Source: Octopus sinensis
Taxonomy: Eukaryota
DNA length: 64,000 bases
NCBI RefSeq assembly: GCF_006345805.1
Contig: NC_042999.1
Span: forward strand, 67,332,001-67,396,000
Reading direction: 5' to 3'
Part shown: piece after piece, positions 25,932 through 37,060 of the stretch
How positions within the stretch are numbered: position 1 is the stretch's first letter
How the letters are laid out: the number at the start of each line of letters is the position of its first letter
Notes under the pieces: generated by a model
The model's input: only the letters and a program-made list of their open reading frames with translations
Told to the model about the DNA's origin: nothing
Database searches by the model: none
Position numbers and translations under genes: made by a program

Positions 25932-26611
25932 AAACTTTGTTGGACTTATCCTAATTTTCTCACACAACTATCTCTCTTTTTTTCCCGTTTCTCTCTCTCT
26001 CTCTGTCTCTCCCTCTCTCTTTCTCCCCATTTCTCTCTTTCTCTGCCTCTCTGTCTCTCTCTGTCTGTCTCTCTCTCTCTCTCTATCTCTCTCGCTTTCT
26101 CTCTCCACACATTCAGACACACGTAACCTAGCGTAAATAGACACATACGTGTATGTCTGTCTGTGTGTCTGTCTCAATATGTGTATGTATGTAAGCATGT
26201 GTTTATGCATGCATGTATGGATGGACTGATGTGTGTGTATGTGTGTATATGCGTCAAAGTATATACCTCCTTTTCTATTAATATATTTCTTCCCTCTGCG
26301 TGCATGTGCGTGTTTATCGTTGCGCCTATGATGTGTGTGCGTTTGTTTGTGAATGTGCTTTTGTGTTAAGTACGGATAAGCAACAACTATTTACATTTAG
26401 AGGATATTAGAAAAGTGCAAATGCAACACAAGTAGTATCAGAAATAGTATCGAAATCTGATAACAACAACAACAATGACAACTACAATAATACTGGTTTT
26501 AAATTTCGGCAGAATTTGAGTTCAAAGCGTAAAGACGGACGAAATGCGGTTAAGCATTTTGTTTGTCGTGCTAACGATTCTGCCATTTCGCCGCCTTCAA
26601 TAATAATAATA

Positions 26612-27058
26612 ATTAATTCTTTTATTAGCCACAAGGGCTGACAAAAATTAATTATAACAAAAAAGGGACAAAACAGGACGAAAGGTTACAAAGAGTTTTG
26701 TCCGTTTGTGAAAAAAATCCGAGTAAAAAAGCAGTTTAACAACGAAAAACTCCCAATAGGGGGAGGCGTTACGAAAGGTTCCTGGTGGAAAAAAAAACCC
26801 ATAAAAGCCAACGGGAGCCTGGTCAAAAGCGGAGTAGAGAGCCCCTTTCTCCTTTTATATTACCTTTTTAAATCACAGGTGCAACCTCAGAATGGCTCCT
26901 TTCATACTAGCCATTCTTGCGACATTTATCCACCTTTCAGCAAACTTGCTATCATACAGCACTTCCCTCTCCACTCTCATCTTCCTTTTCAAGTTAAACT
27001 TGAAAAGGTTGACGAGGCCTGGGCCAAAGAGGAAAGTGTCTAACCTTAGCCCTTTCAA
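26612..27058 (-). mobile_element. Tx1/L1-clade LINE 3' end (ORF2 C-terminus + 3' UTR)
   Basis: GLRLDTFLFGPGLVNLFKFNLKRKMRVEREVLYDSKFAERWINVARM..LRLHL* resembles Tx1 ORF2 termini (F..RW motif). The 3' UTR ends AGCCCTTGTGGCTAATAAAAGAA then (TTA)n. Confidence 0.55.
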
Positions 27059-27061
27059 TAA

Positions 27062-27255
27062 TAATAATCCTTTATATTATAGGCATATGGCCTGAAATTT
27101 TGGAACTAGTCGATTACATCGACTCCAGTACTTGACAGGTACTTATTTCATCGACCCCGAAAGGATGAAAGGCAAAATCGACCTGTGCGGAATTTGAACT
27201 CGGAACGGAAAGTATTTTGTCCGACGTACTAACAATTATGCCAGTTCACCTCCTT
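27062..27255 (-). mobile_element. SINE family B copy (another head lies at 26495-26600)
   Basis: Central motif gaaaggatgaaaggcaaaatcgacc..gaatttgaactc. Confidence 0.85.
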
Positions 27256-27289
27256 AATAACAACAACACCAACAACAATAGCAATAATT

Positions 27290-27338
<49 letters not shown>

Positions 27339-27339
<1 letters not shown>

Positions 27340-29710
27340 GAAAACACCTGAATGGTTAGCAAGTGGTATTACTTACCTACTCCCAAAGAATAACGAAACC
27401 AACCTTCCAAAAAACTATCGGCCTGTCTATCCACCACGTATAAAATCCTAACATTTATCCTGGCGGAGAAAACATATGCATTCATGGAGAAGAACGATAT
27501 GTTCCACATTGAACAAAAAGGGTGCCGCCGAGGCTCTTACGGATGCAAAGATCAACTGCTAATCAATCGTATGATCCTTGAGAACTGTCACAACAAGCGC
27601 AGAAATCTCAGCACCGCATGGATTGACTATAAAAAGGCCTTCGACAGTATACCGCATCCATGGATCTTGAGATCGCTGGACATCTTCAAAATTTCCCCTG
27701 TGATTTCAAACTTCCTGAAGCACAATATGTCGTTGTGGAATACGAATCTCCAATTATACCACTCTAATGGAGTACTTGCCTCAGAAAATATAAACATCAC
27801 CTTTAATATTCTGCATAGCCCTAATACCCCTTACAAGTGAATTAAACAGAACAGGGTATGGGTATAAAATTGCCAATAAAAAAATAAGCCATCTATTTTA
27901 TATGGATGACTTAAAACTTTATGGTAAAGACAATAATGAACTTGAAGGCCTATTGCGCACCGTGAAAGCATTCAGCGATGACATCGGGATGGAGTTTGGA
28001 CTTGAGAATGTGTGCCAAGGCCACTTTCCAGAAAGGGAAAGTGAAGACCACTAATTCAGTCGTGTTAGATGTTGACACAGTCATAAGAGAGCTTGAGCAA
28101 GAACAAACATACAAATATTTAGGGATAAATGAAGGCTCTGGTATTCAGCATGCAAGCATGAAAGAGAAGATCAGGAAGGAATGTTATAGGAGATTTCGTG
28201 CAGTCCTGAAATCTGAACTAAATGCACGTAACAAGGTGTTAGCTATAAATTCCTTAGCAGTTCCAGTTGTTACTTATAGCTACAATGTGTTGAACTGGAA
28301 TATGAGTGAAGTAAAGAATATAGATAGGAAAATACGCAAGCTGCTGAGTTGTAATAGGATGCACCACCCAAAGGCAGACGTAGATCGCCTTTACCTTCCC
28401 AGAGCCCAAGGAGTTTGAGGCCTGATCCAATTTGAACTAGCTTACAAAACAACCACAATTGGACTGGCCAAATATCACGAAATATCGAATGACTGGATGC
28501 TAAAGCTCGTGGAAAATCACGAGAGACGAAAGAAGCTTCATTCTATCATAAAGGAAAGCAAAAAATTTGCTATTGATCTCGTGCAGGATATCCAAACTGA
28601 ACAACCCGAGGGAAGTACGGCAACTATTGTTGCAAAGAAGGTGAAAATGATGGCAATGAAAAAAGCGCACGAGCAATTGGCTGATAGGTGGGAGGAGAAA
28701 CCTCTGCACGGCAAATATGTGACCCGCAGCAAATAAGCTGATGTTGACCAGAAGCAAACCCATCAGTGGCTACGGAGCTCAGGGCTAAAAGCAGAGAGCG
28801 AAGGTTTCATCCTGGCTGCTCAAGATCAAAGCCTATTAACCCGGAACTACCAGGCCAATGTGATGAAAAATGGAGCAGACCCAAAATGCCGATTCTGCAA
28901 CGACATGATTGAAACAGTGGACCACCTAATCTCTGGCACACTTCTCAAGTCCAAACTCCATCCCGATGTCATCGCTGAATGCTTTCACGGTGCGCAATAG
29001 GCCTTCAAGTTCATTATTGTCTTTACCATAAAGTCTTAGCACCAGTGGAGTATAAATTAAGACATGACAGAGTTGGCCAATATCTCCACTGGCTAATAAG
29101 TCGGCATTACAATATCAAAACTGCCGACAAGTGGTATAATCACCACCCTGAGGCTGTAACTGAAGGAGAAAATGTAACCATTCTGTGGGACTTTCCAGTA
29201 CATACAGACCGAACCATCAAGGCCAATAAACCAGATATTGTTGTGAAAGACCAAAACAATAAAGTTTGCTTATTGATCGACATGAGCATCCCCTGTGATC
29301 ATAATATCTCAGCGAAAGAGTTTGACAAGCTCAGAAAATATAAAGACCTACTCATTGAAATTGAGAAAATATGGCATCTCAAGGCGGTTACAATACCAGT
29401 GATCGTAGGAGCACTAGGAATGATCAAGAAGGGAACCGAAAATTATATGAGAATGATCCCTGGCTTACCATCCCTACAAGAAGTGCAAAAGATTGTCTTA
29501 ACTGGTACATCACACGTATTGAGAAGAGCATTGTCGATGTGAGAACTGTTGCTGCTCATGTATTTTAATTTAACTTTAAAAAAAAAAAAAAATGAACGAA
29601 CTATTGAGTTTGGTTTAATGGCCTACCAATGTATACTATGAATTTCTTTGCCCTAGGAGTCGGGAAGACACTCGGCAAGAAATGGAAGCAAATTTGAAAG
29701 AAGAAAAAAA

Positions 29711-29711
<1 letters not shown>
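27339..29711 (+). mobile_element. 5'-truncated R4/Dong-clade non-LTR retrotransposon (RT, CCHC, RLE) inserted in (TAA)n; inactivated
   Basis: PEWLASGITYLLPK, EQKGCRRGS.GCKDQL, WIDYKKAFDS.PH, FYMDDLKL, YKYLG, CRFC....ETVDHL, NKPDIVV..LLIDMSIP..KYKDL..VIVGALG. Flanked by (AAT)n on both sides. The QGDxLSP motif is deleted near 27800, there is a 1-bp frameshift at ~28009 and an inverted insert at 28934-29034. Confidence 0.95.
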
Positions 29712-29767
<56 letters not shown>

Positions 29768-29772
<5 letters not shown>

Positions 29773-29980
29773 CCTTTCTACTATAGGCATAAGGCCTGGA
29801 ATTTGTGGGGAGGGAGATATTCGATCGCATGGACCCTTGATTGGTACTTAATTTATCGACTCCGAAAGGACGAAAGGCAAAGTCGACCTAGGCGGAATTT
29901 GAGCTCTGAACGTTAAGTCGGGCGAAGTACCACTAACCATTTTGCCCGGCTTGCTAACGATTCTGCGAGCTCATCGCCAC
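29768..29980 (-). mobile_element. SINE family B copy whose (TTA)n tail abuts the Dong 3' end
   Basis: atcctttctactataggcataaggcctggaatt...gctaacgattctgcgagctc. Confidence 0.85.
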
Positions 29981-30175
29981 CAGGACTCAAAGCAGAGACA
30001 GAAGGATTTTTAATTGCAGCACAAGACTAAAGCCTTCCCACCAGATATTGCCAAAAACATGTAATGAAAAGAAATATAACAAGTAACTGCAGAATATGTG
30101 GAGATGGACAAGAAACAATAAATCATATTATCTCTGGCTGCCCAGTCCTGGCTAAGAAGGAATATATTCACAGAC
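29981..30175 (+). mobile_element. R4/Dong fragment (CCHC region)
   Basis: GLKAETEGFLIAAQD*SLPTRY..CRICGDGQETINHIISGCPVLAKKEYIHR; near-identical to 55005-55195. Confidence 0.9.
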
Positions 30176-30715
30176 TGGATGCCTGTATCCCTGGAGATTA
30201 CATCAGGGTAGGAGAGTGTGCGCCCTCTGGTATCGCGAGCAGATAGCTTCCAGAGGAGAAGAGTAGAAATTACCTCGTTTTCAGCTCTACAACAATGTCC
30301 AGCAAACTGGACTCTTCTACTTTTCACAAGAGATGATACAGGTAGTAAGTTCCCATATATTTGTACTTTGGTTGGATGACGCTTCCACGAGATATTCGCT
30401 CTGACAATTGCTGCACCGACAGAGAGACTAAGTTGTATAATCTTTTGGACAACATTGGTAGCGTAGAGAGGAGAGACATGCCACATAGCCAGCAGCTGGT
30501 CTTCCGTACAACCTTGCTCAGCCCATTATCCTGTTTGGGTACGGATCCATAATCTCCCGAAATTGAAGGATGCTAATGATATACTCGTATATCTCTGGAA
30601 GGAGACACCTTTCAAGAGTTAGTTAGGGAACCGGTCAACCATGTCTATCGAAGGGAAAACCTTTCGGAAATACTCCAAGACCTGAATATTGACACTTTGA
30701 AATGTTCCCTGTGAG
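30176..30715 (-). mobile_element. RTE-clade LINE 3' fragment fused inversely to the Dong fragment
   Basis: RANISWKRHPTKVQIYGNL.PVSSLVKSRRVQFAGHC.RA...LLLW...RGRTLSYPDVISRDTG. Confidence 0.85.
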
Positions 30716-30949
30716 TCACAGTTGCCATTAAGCCATTAAGCCACTGAAGAATGAGAAGTTTCGCATTCTCCTAACAGGTCTATCTCTTTATCTCGTCAGT
30801 GAGAAAAACATACAGTCCACTTTTAATGGCCAGACTAAAAATGTATATTTATTAAGGACACACAACCGTAAGTTTGTCTTACATCTCCTTCTTTATTCTC
30901 TCTCTCTCTCTCTCTTCACACACACATAGATTCCTATCCACATTCCAGC

Positions 30950-31007
<58 letters not shown>

Positions 31008-31206
31008 CACATGCGCTCAAAATAAACTCGGAAGACGAAGTGATAACAAACTGTAATTATTAGTTTGACGCTCAAGACGGATATCGAAATTTCACACACA
31101 CGCACACACACAAACACACACACGCGTGCGCTCACGCACATACGTGCACAAACATATACATACACATACACATATACATGCACGCATACACACACACATG
31201 TCCATA

Positions 31207-31270
<64 letters not shown>

Positions 31271-31777
31271 TGTATGTATGTATGTATGTATGTGTGTGTG
31301 CGCGCATGTTTGTATGTATATGTATGTATGTGTGTGTGTATGTACTCGTATGTATATGCATATGTAATTGTATAATGAAAATACTAATGAGCCAGTGGCA
31401 TAAATTTACACAAGACAAATAAAGGTATATTAAATAACATACAAGAGAATTTTTATCTGTATTCTTCAGACGAAGATGATTCCCTTCGTCTCAAGAAACA
31501 GCAACACAAATGCTTGGTGGCAATTGCGACACACTGTAAAGGAAAAAAAGGGAGATAATCTCAAGAATGAAGAATTCTCTGGAATTGACATGAGATTAAG
31601 GAAAGACTATTTGTCCATCTTTTCTGAAGATAAAAGAACAAAAGTTATACGTGTTTCTGTTTCAATAACCGTCATCATCGCAGTAGTTGTCTTATCTTCA
31701 GTCCAACAGACACAAGAGTTGAAAAGAGTAGAGAAAATAAATATCTTTGAATAATTTGCACGATTTAAACAGATGTA

Positions 31778-32773
31778 CAATACCGTGCAAAAGTCTTTAA
31801 CCACTTTAAATCATTGTAAATTTCTACTAATTGCCAACTTATAAATGGATGCTTCGCATTGCACTTTTTACAGAGGAAACATTGGCCCTGTTGGGGTCAT
31901 TTCCATATCTAACCATTATATTTCGTTGTAGGAGTTCTGACAAATTCTCGCTTATTAGAAAACGAAACGAGCCACGTTACACGACGAAAACTATGAAGTT
32001 TGAGGGTAAGAGTCTGATACTTTGGGGATACATAAAAAGTAATGGTTAAAGAAAGTTGGTTAAAATTACCGGTAACTTGAGTAGTGCTAAATACACCCAG
32101 TTGCTGAAGAACAATTTGATACCAGACTTGGATGAAGGTGAGACTTTTCAAGTATGATGGCGCTCCATGCCACAGATCGCACGCAACACAACAGAGTCTG
32201 GTTGATGAAGATGTTACTGTATTGAAAGATTGGACAGCTCAGAGCCATGACTTAAATATCATCGAGCAAATGTGGACAGAACTAAAGAGAAGAGTTCGTC
32301 AGAAGAATCTACACAATCTTGAAGAGTTGTGGGAGCTCAGCCACAGAGAATAGCATCTCAAACCTGTGAAGATGGTGAAGGATTTGTACGCATCTCTTCC
32401 CAGGTGCATTGAAGCAATTATTCAAGCCAAGGGAAGCCACACGAAATATTAACAATGTTCAGTAACTTCTTGAAATGAACATTATGTAATGAATTTTCAT
32501 TATAGACATTTTTCTGTCTCAAAACTCTGTATCTAGATTGGTTTATGTGAGGTAACCGAAAACTTTTGCACGGCCATATTTGGTGGTCGTGTCGCATCTT
32601 CTCCTCTCATTCAGAAACCCCACAACAAAATATGATGATTAGGTAAGTAAATGACTGTAACAGGGCCAATATTTCATCTGTAAAAAACGCAATGCCAAAC
32701 ATCCACTTATAAGTTGGGAATTAGTAGAAATTTACAATGGTTTAAAGTAGCTGAAAACTTGTGCACAGTACTG
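31778..32773 (+). mobile_element. Internally deleted Tc1-like DNA transposon, DD35E spacing, long IR/DR-type TIRs, TA target duplication
   Basis: TA at 31776-77 and 32774-75. ~160-bp inverted repeats (31778-31940 vs 32612-32773) and an inner repeat ACTTTTGCACGG at 32562. Transposase D-GAPCH..VLKDWTAQSHDLNII-E (35 residues by manual count), ending IIQAKGSHTKY*. Confidence 0.9.
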
Positions 32774-32812
32774 TAAGTATATTATACAAGTGTGTGTGTG
32801 GTGGGGTGTATA

Positions 32813-33975
32813 CAGGGTGTCCCCCCAAAAGTATATTCACACTTTGTATGACAATTAATTCAGTGTTTATTGACTTAGAAACAAGATTAATGGTTCAAAT
32901 TTACATATACATGGTCAATAATGCACTCACTCTAACTGACAATAAACACATTGTTTATTGACAATGATTAATGGTTAAACGCAAAATGGATTAAATGCAT
33001 TTTTATAAATGTTCAAACTGACGACCATCGCTCTCCAAACAAAGCCGATGCCGCAGATACAAAACCTTCAGGAATGATTTTATTTGGAACCGTGAGGCTC
33101 TGTCTTACAATTTCACTTCTCAGCTCCTCGACTGTTTCTGGTTTAGAGCGGTAAACCTTATCATTGAAATATCCCCATAAAAAGAAGTTCATTGGAGTAA
33201 GGTCTGGTGAACGCGTAGAGAATGCAGCACTGCCTCTTCTGAAAAAATTCCTCGGAAAATTTGCATCGAGACAGATTCTTACGAGGAGGTGCTCCATCTT
33301 GCGGAAAGTAAATCTCTCCGTCAGCAATCTCTTCGACACATCTTTCGGTAATCATCTCCAGAGACAGTTTGGTCAAAAACTAATGGCCGTAGGATACCCA
33401 ATGCTGATATCCCATACCACACTGTAACTACTGGTAAGTTAAAATGGTGTTCCACAGCAACATGTGGATTTTCAGGAGTCCAATAGGTGAAATTGTGTCG
33501 GTTAATCGAACCATTTAACTTGAAGCTCATCAGTTCAAACAATTTGGAATGTAAATGCTGCTTCGCATTTGCCCAGGTACCACTCAGAGCTTGGATTAAT
33601 GTTGGAGAGTAACATTTCTAACCAACTCTCTTTAAATTGTGATGGGCGCTTGATTTTGGGATTCCCGTCCCACTATCCATTTTTCGTACAGCTTTCTGTG
33701 GGGATTGCCGGAGAGCTTCCAGCAATTGTTCTTCCTTTACGGGGCTGGTTGATGACCATGGTCTTCCTGAACGCTCCTTATGGACGTTATGCACAGTTCC
33801 ATCTGAATTAAACGTATCTCGCAATGGTGCGCCGCGTTGGTGGATCTTTGTGAAAAAGCCCTCTAAATTGTTTTTGCACTTCCATTGTATTTTCATACTT
33901 CCAGTAGCACTTTAGGATAAATCTTCTTTCTTCGAAATTTAGTCGTACTTCTGCAATTATTTGGGTCAAATTGAT
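32813..33975 (-). mobile_element. Degenerate DD41D (rosa/Visitor)-type Tc1/mariner transposon, 5' end lost to a microsatellite
   Basis: Terminus TA|CAGGGTG. Frameshifted pieces FEERRFILKCYWK, FKLNGSINRHN..W..ENPH, FPQDGAP and RSPDLTPMNFFLWGY..KVY..KPETVEELR. Confidence 0.8.
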
Positions 33976-34027
33976 AGACATACATACATACATACATACA
34001 TACATACATACATACATACATACATAA

Positions 34028-34063
<36 letters not shown>

Positions 34064-34068
34064 TCTAT

Positions 34069-34130
<62 letters not shown>

Positions 34131-34209
34131 CATATATACATACATATATATATATACATACATATATATATATATATATACATACATATGTATACATATT
34201 AAATATATA

Positions 34210-34257
<48 letters not shown>

Positions 34258-34287
34258 TATATTATATATATATATAATATATATATA

Positions 34288-34480
34288 GGGAAAATTCAGA
34301 AAAAATTAACAAAAGACGAAGACAGGTGGTTGTAGACAACAAACAGATGTATTAGTTTAACGCTCGGGAAGTGAAAAAGTCTTTAACGTTTCGTGCCTAC
34401 GCTCTTCCACAGAAAGGAACACAGAAAGAAACAAGGAGAGAAAATAAAAAATGTGTAGTGATAAGCAATCTATCATGGCA
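34288..34480 (-). mobile_element. Family H1 hammerhead-motif element
   Basis: Minus strand CTTT-CTGTGGA-A-GAGCGTAGGCAC-GAAAC-GTT-AAAG; preceded by a (TA)n tract. Confidence 0.75.
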
Positions 34481-35731
34481 AAAGTATGTATGTATGTATG
34501 TATTAATTATATAAAGTAATTTTTTAAGATACTAATTCTCGAAGTAAAAATTATAATGATAAAATATAAATGGAAATTAACCTAAACGCAACAACCCTCT
34601 GTCAGCCATAATCTTCAGAAGAATAGGAAAAAAGTTTCTCTATTTCTCTCTTTCTCTCTCTCCCCCCATTTCTCTCTCTCTCCCTCTCTCCCCCTCTCTC
34701 TCTCTCTCTCTCTCTCTCGCTTCCCACTCTCTCTTACACAAAACCACACGAAACGAATGGACATACAAACTCCAAAACTCTACATGCCAGCTTGCCTTAC
34801 CTTCACACCAGCAGTCTCTTGTACGAGACCATCAAGCCACCGCTGGCGCCAGTGGACAGCTAAGCAGTGATTATAAATCAAAATGACATGTAAAACTATT
34901 AATCACGTCAATAAGAACGGATAAATTAAATTAAAAGATTGAAAAGTATTGAAAATATAAATGAAAAAACAAAGAGTCTAAAGAAACCCAGCCCCCGCCC
35001 TGTGAAAATTGACCAATAACTAACAGTTTTACAATAGAGTATCAAATAGCAGATCGTGGATATAAAATGAAACAATTTGATACTTACTACTACATGTATT
35101 ATTCCTTTACTCTTTGATATGTTTCAGTCATTAGACTGCGGCTCTGCTGGGGTACCGCCTTGAAGGGTTTAGCCGAACAAATCGGTCCTAAAACTTCTTT
35201 TCTCAAAGCTGGGTGTCAGGTATTCTATTGGTGTCTTTTGGCCGCTCAGTTATTAGGACGCAAACAAACCAACACCTTGTCAAGCGGTGGGAGACAAACA
35301 CAAAGACACGCACACACCACGCTCGTTATTGTTTATTATTAATAATTTTTTTAAAGCAAGCCAAGCGCCTAGCGTGTACTTGGTTAACTATTTTCTTTTT
35401 CTCCCTAAAACAACACAACACAAGATTTACAGAATTTAATGACATAAAATATATCAGCTTATATGTGCATTATGGTGTTTTATGAATAAATGAATTAATA
35501 AGTTTTGATTTTTTCCTCATGAAATATTCTCTTTCCGGCTGGCCTACTTCCTTTAGTAAACAGCTCAATTGTTTTATATTTTGAAAAATAACCGTCTCCC
35601 TTTGTATAGCGAGAGTGTTTTTGTTTTTAAGCCACCTGTCAGCCCTGATCTAATAGATCTATGGCCAGAAGCATTCCAGCTGTGACCATCTAGTCTTTTT
35701 AATTATTTACTATCATCGTTGTCATCATCAC

Positions 35732-35791
<60 letters not shown>

Positions 35792-35804
35792 CATTATTAT
35801 TATA

Positions 35805-36260
35805 CGTTTAACTTTTGCTTTGTATTTGTACAAGTTGGCTCCAACTCTCATCCAGCGGCCGCAAGAGACAACAAGTTAGAATTTTATGTTGGTGTCATGC
35901 CTAGGGTGTCATATATTTGGTTTTGCTCATATTATTCTAGAGAATGTTTAAGAAAATAAGAAAATTATTAGTTTGTTTTAAAATGTGAGATTACATAGAC
36001 AGTATTTTACGTAGCATATGGGTAGCTTCCATGAGCACTATCTTTTGAATTTCTGTCATTTTGGAGTTTCCTGGTATCTGAGCTAAGTAACAATCAGCCC
36101 CTATTGCTATCATTCCTAGGGGACCTATGACAATAGGTATTGTTTTAGTCTTGAGGTTCTACATTTTGCCAGTTTCTATTTCAAGATCTTTATACTTGCT
36201 CAGATTTTGGTAGGTCTTCACAGATACATTTATGTCGATTGAGACAGTCATATCATAGTG
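35805..36260 (-). mobile_element. R4/Dong 3' fragment ending in (TAA)n
   Basis: IDMTVSID..SKYKDLEIE..KM*NLKTKTIPIVIGPLGMI..IQKIVLMEATHMLRKILSM*, then 3' UTR and (TAA)n at 35745-35803. Confidence 0.85.
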
Positions 36261-36329
36261 GCCTTAGCTGCGAGTGTGATGTCTTGAAAAAAGTCTTGGA
36301 TGAGCTGGTGCAGTTGGGGACTCATTAGA

Positions 36330-36470
36330 TAAAGGTGTTTTGGCACTGTCGATATCTGAGCAGGAGGACAAAGTTTAGGTCTTTGACCCTCCCTGTCCAG
36401 CTCTATAGTTGTAAGTCTTGGACGCTGCCGGGGACCTTAGAGAGTCGACAACGAGAAATACCTTCCGGTA
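36330..36470 (+). mobile_element. Short RTE fragment
   Basis: YLSRRTK..RSL.LPV.LYSCKSWTL resembles the RTE LLYGCETWTL region. Confidence 0.55.
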
Positions 36471-36775
36471 CTTGTTCTGGCTTTTTGCATTCAGAGTTCA
36501 TATCTCGCTGGCGTCAGCTTTACTTTTCATCCCACCGAGGCAGATAAAATAAAGTCGATATTGGGCTCAATATACACCACAGAATCAGGGAAACCGCCCT
36601 ATGAAGTTATGGGTCGAGAAAGACCTTTGACTCTTATGCACACACACCCACTCAAACACACACACACACACACACGTTCTTTCTTTTCATTCTCTTACTG
36701 GTTTCAACCAGAGGCTGGGTCCCTGTTGAGGCACCATCTTTACTATTATATATATATATATATATATATATCTAG

Positions 36776-36817
<42 letters not shown>

Positions 36818-36844
36818 TATATATATGTATGTATATATATTATA

Positions 36845-37028
36845 TTAAATTAGAGACAAAACCACTATTAGGCAAATCAAACAGTGAAAATCATAAGCCA
36901 ATACATAGAAAAAAATAATTAATAACATATATAAAAAATATAAAATATAAAATTCCAAATTAAAATATTTAAATTAAAGTTAAGATTTAAAAAATGATTT
37001 AATTAATAATTTAAACTTATAAATCTTA

Positions 37029-37060
<32 letters not shown>

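Noticed and set aside
32590-32650. Apparent 28-nt microexon (polypyrimidine-CAG ... AG|GTAAGT)
   Set aside because: It lies within the right TIR of the Tc1 element and is mirrored in the left TIR. It is most likely coincidental, unless RNA-seq shows exonisation.
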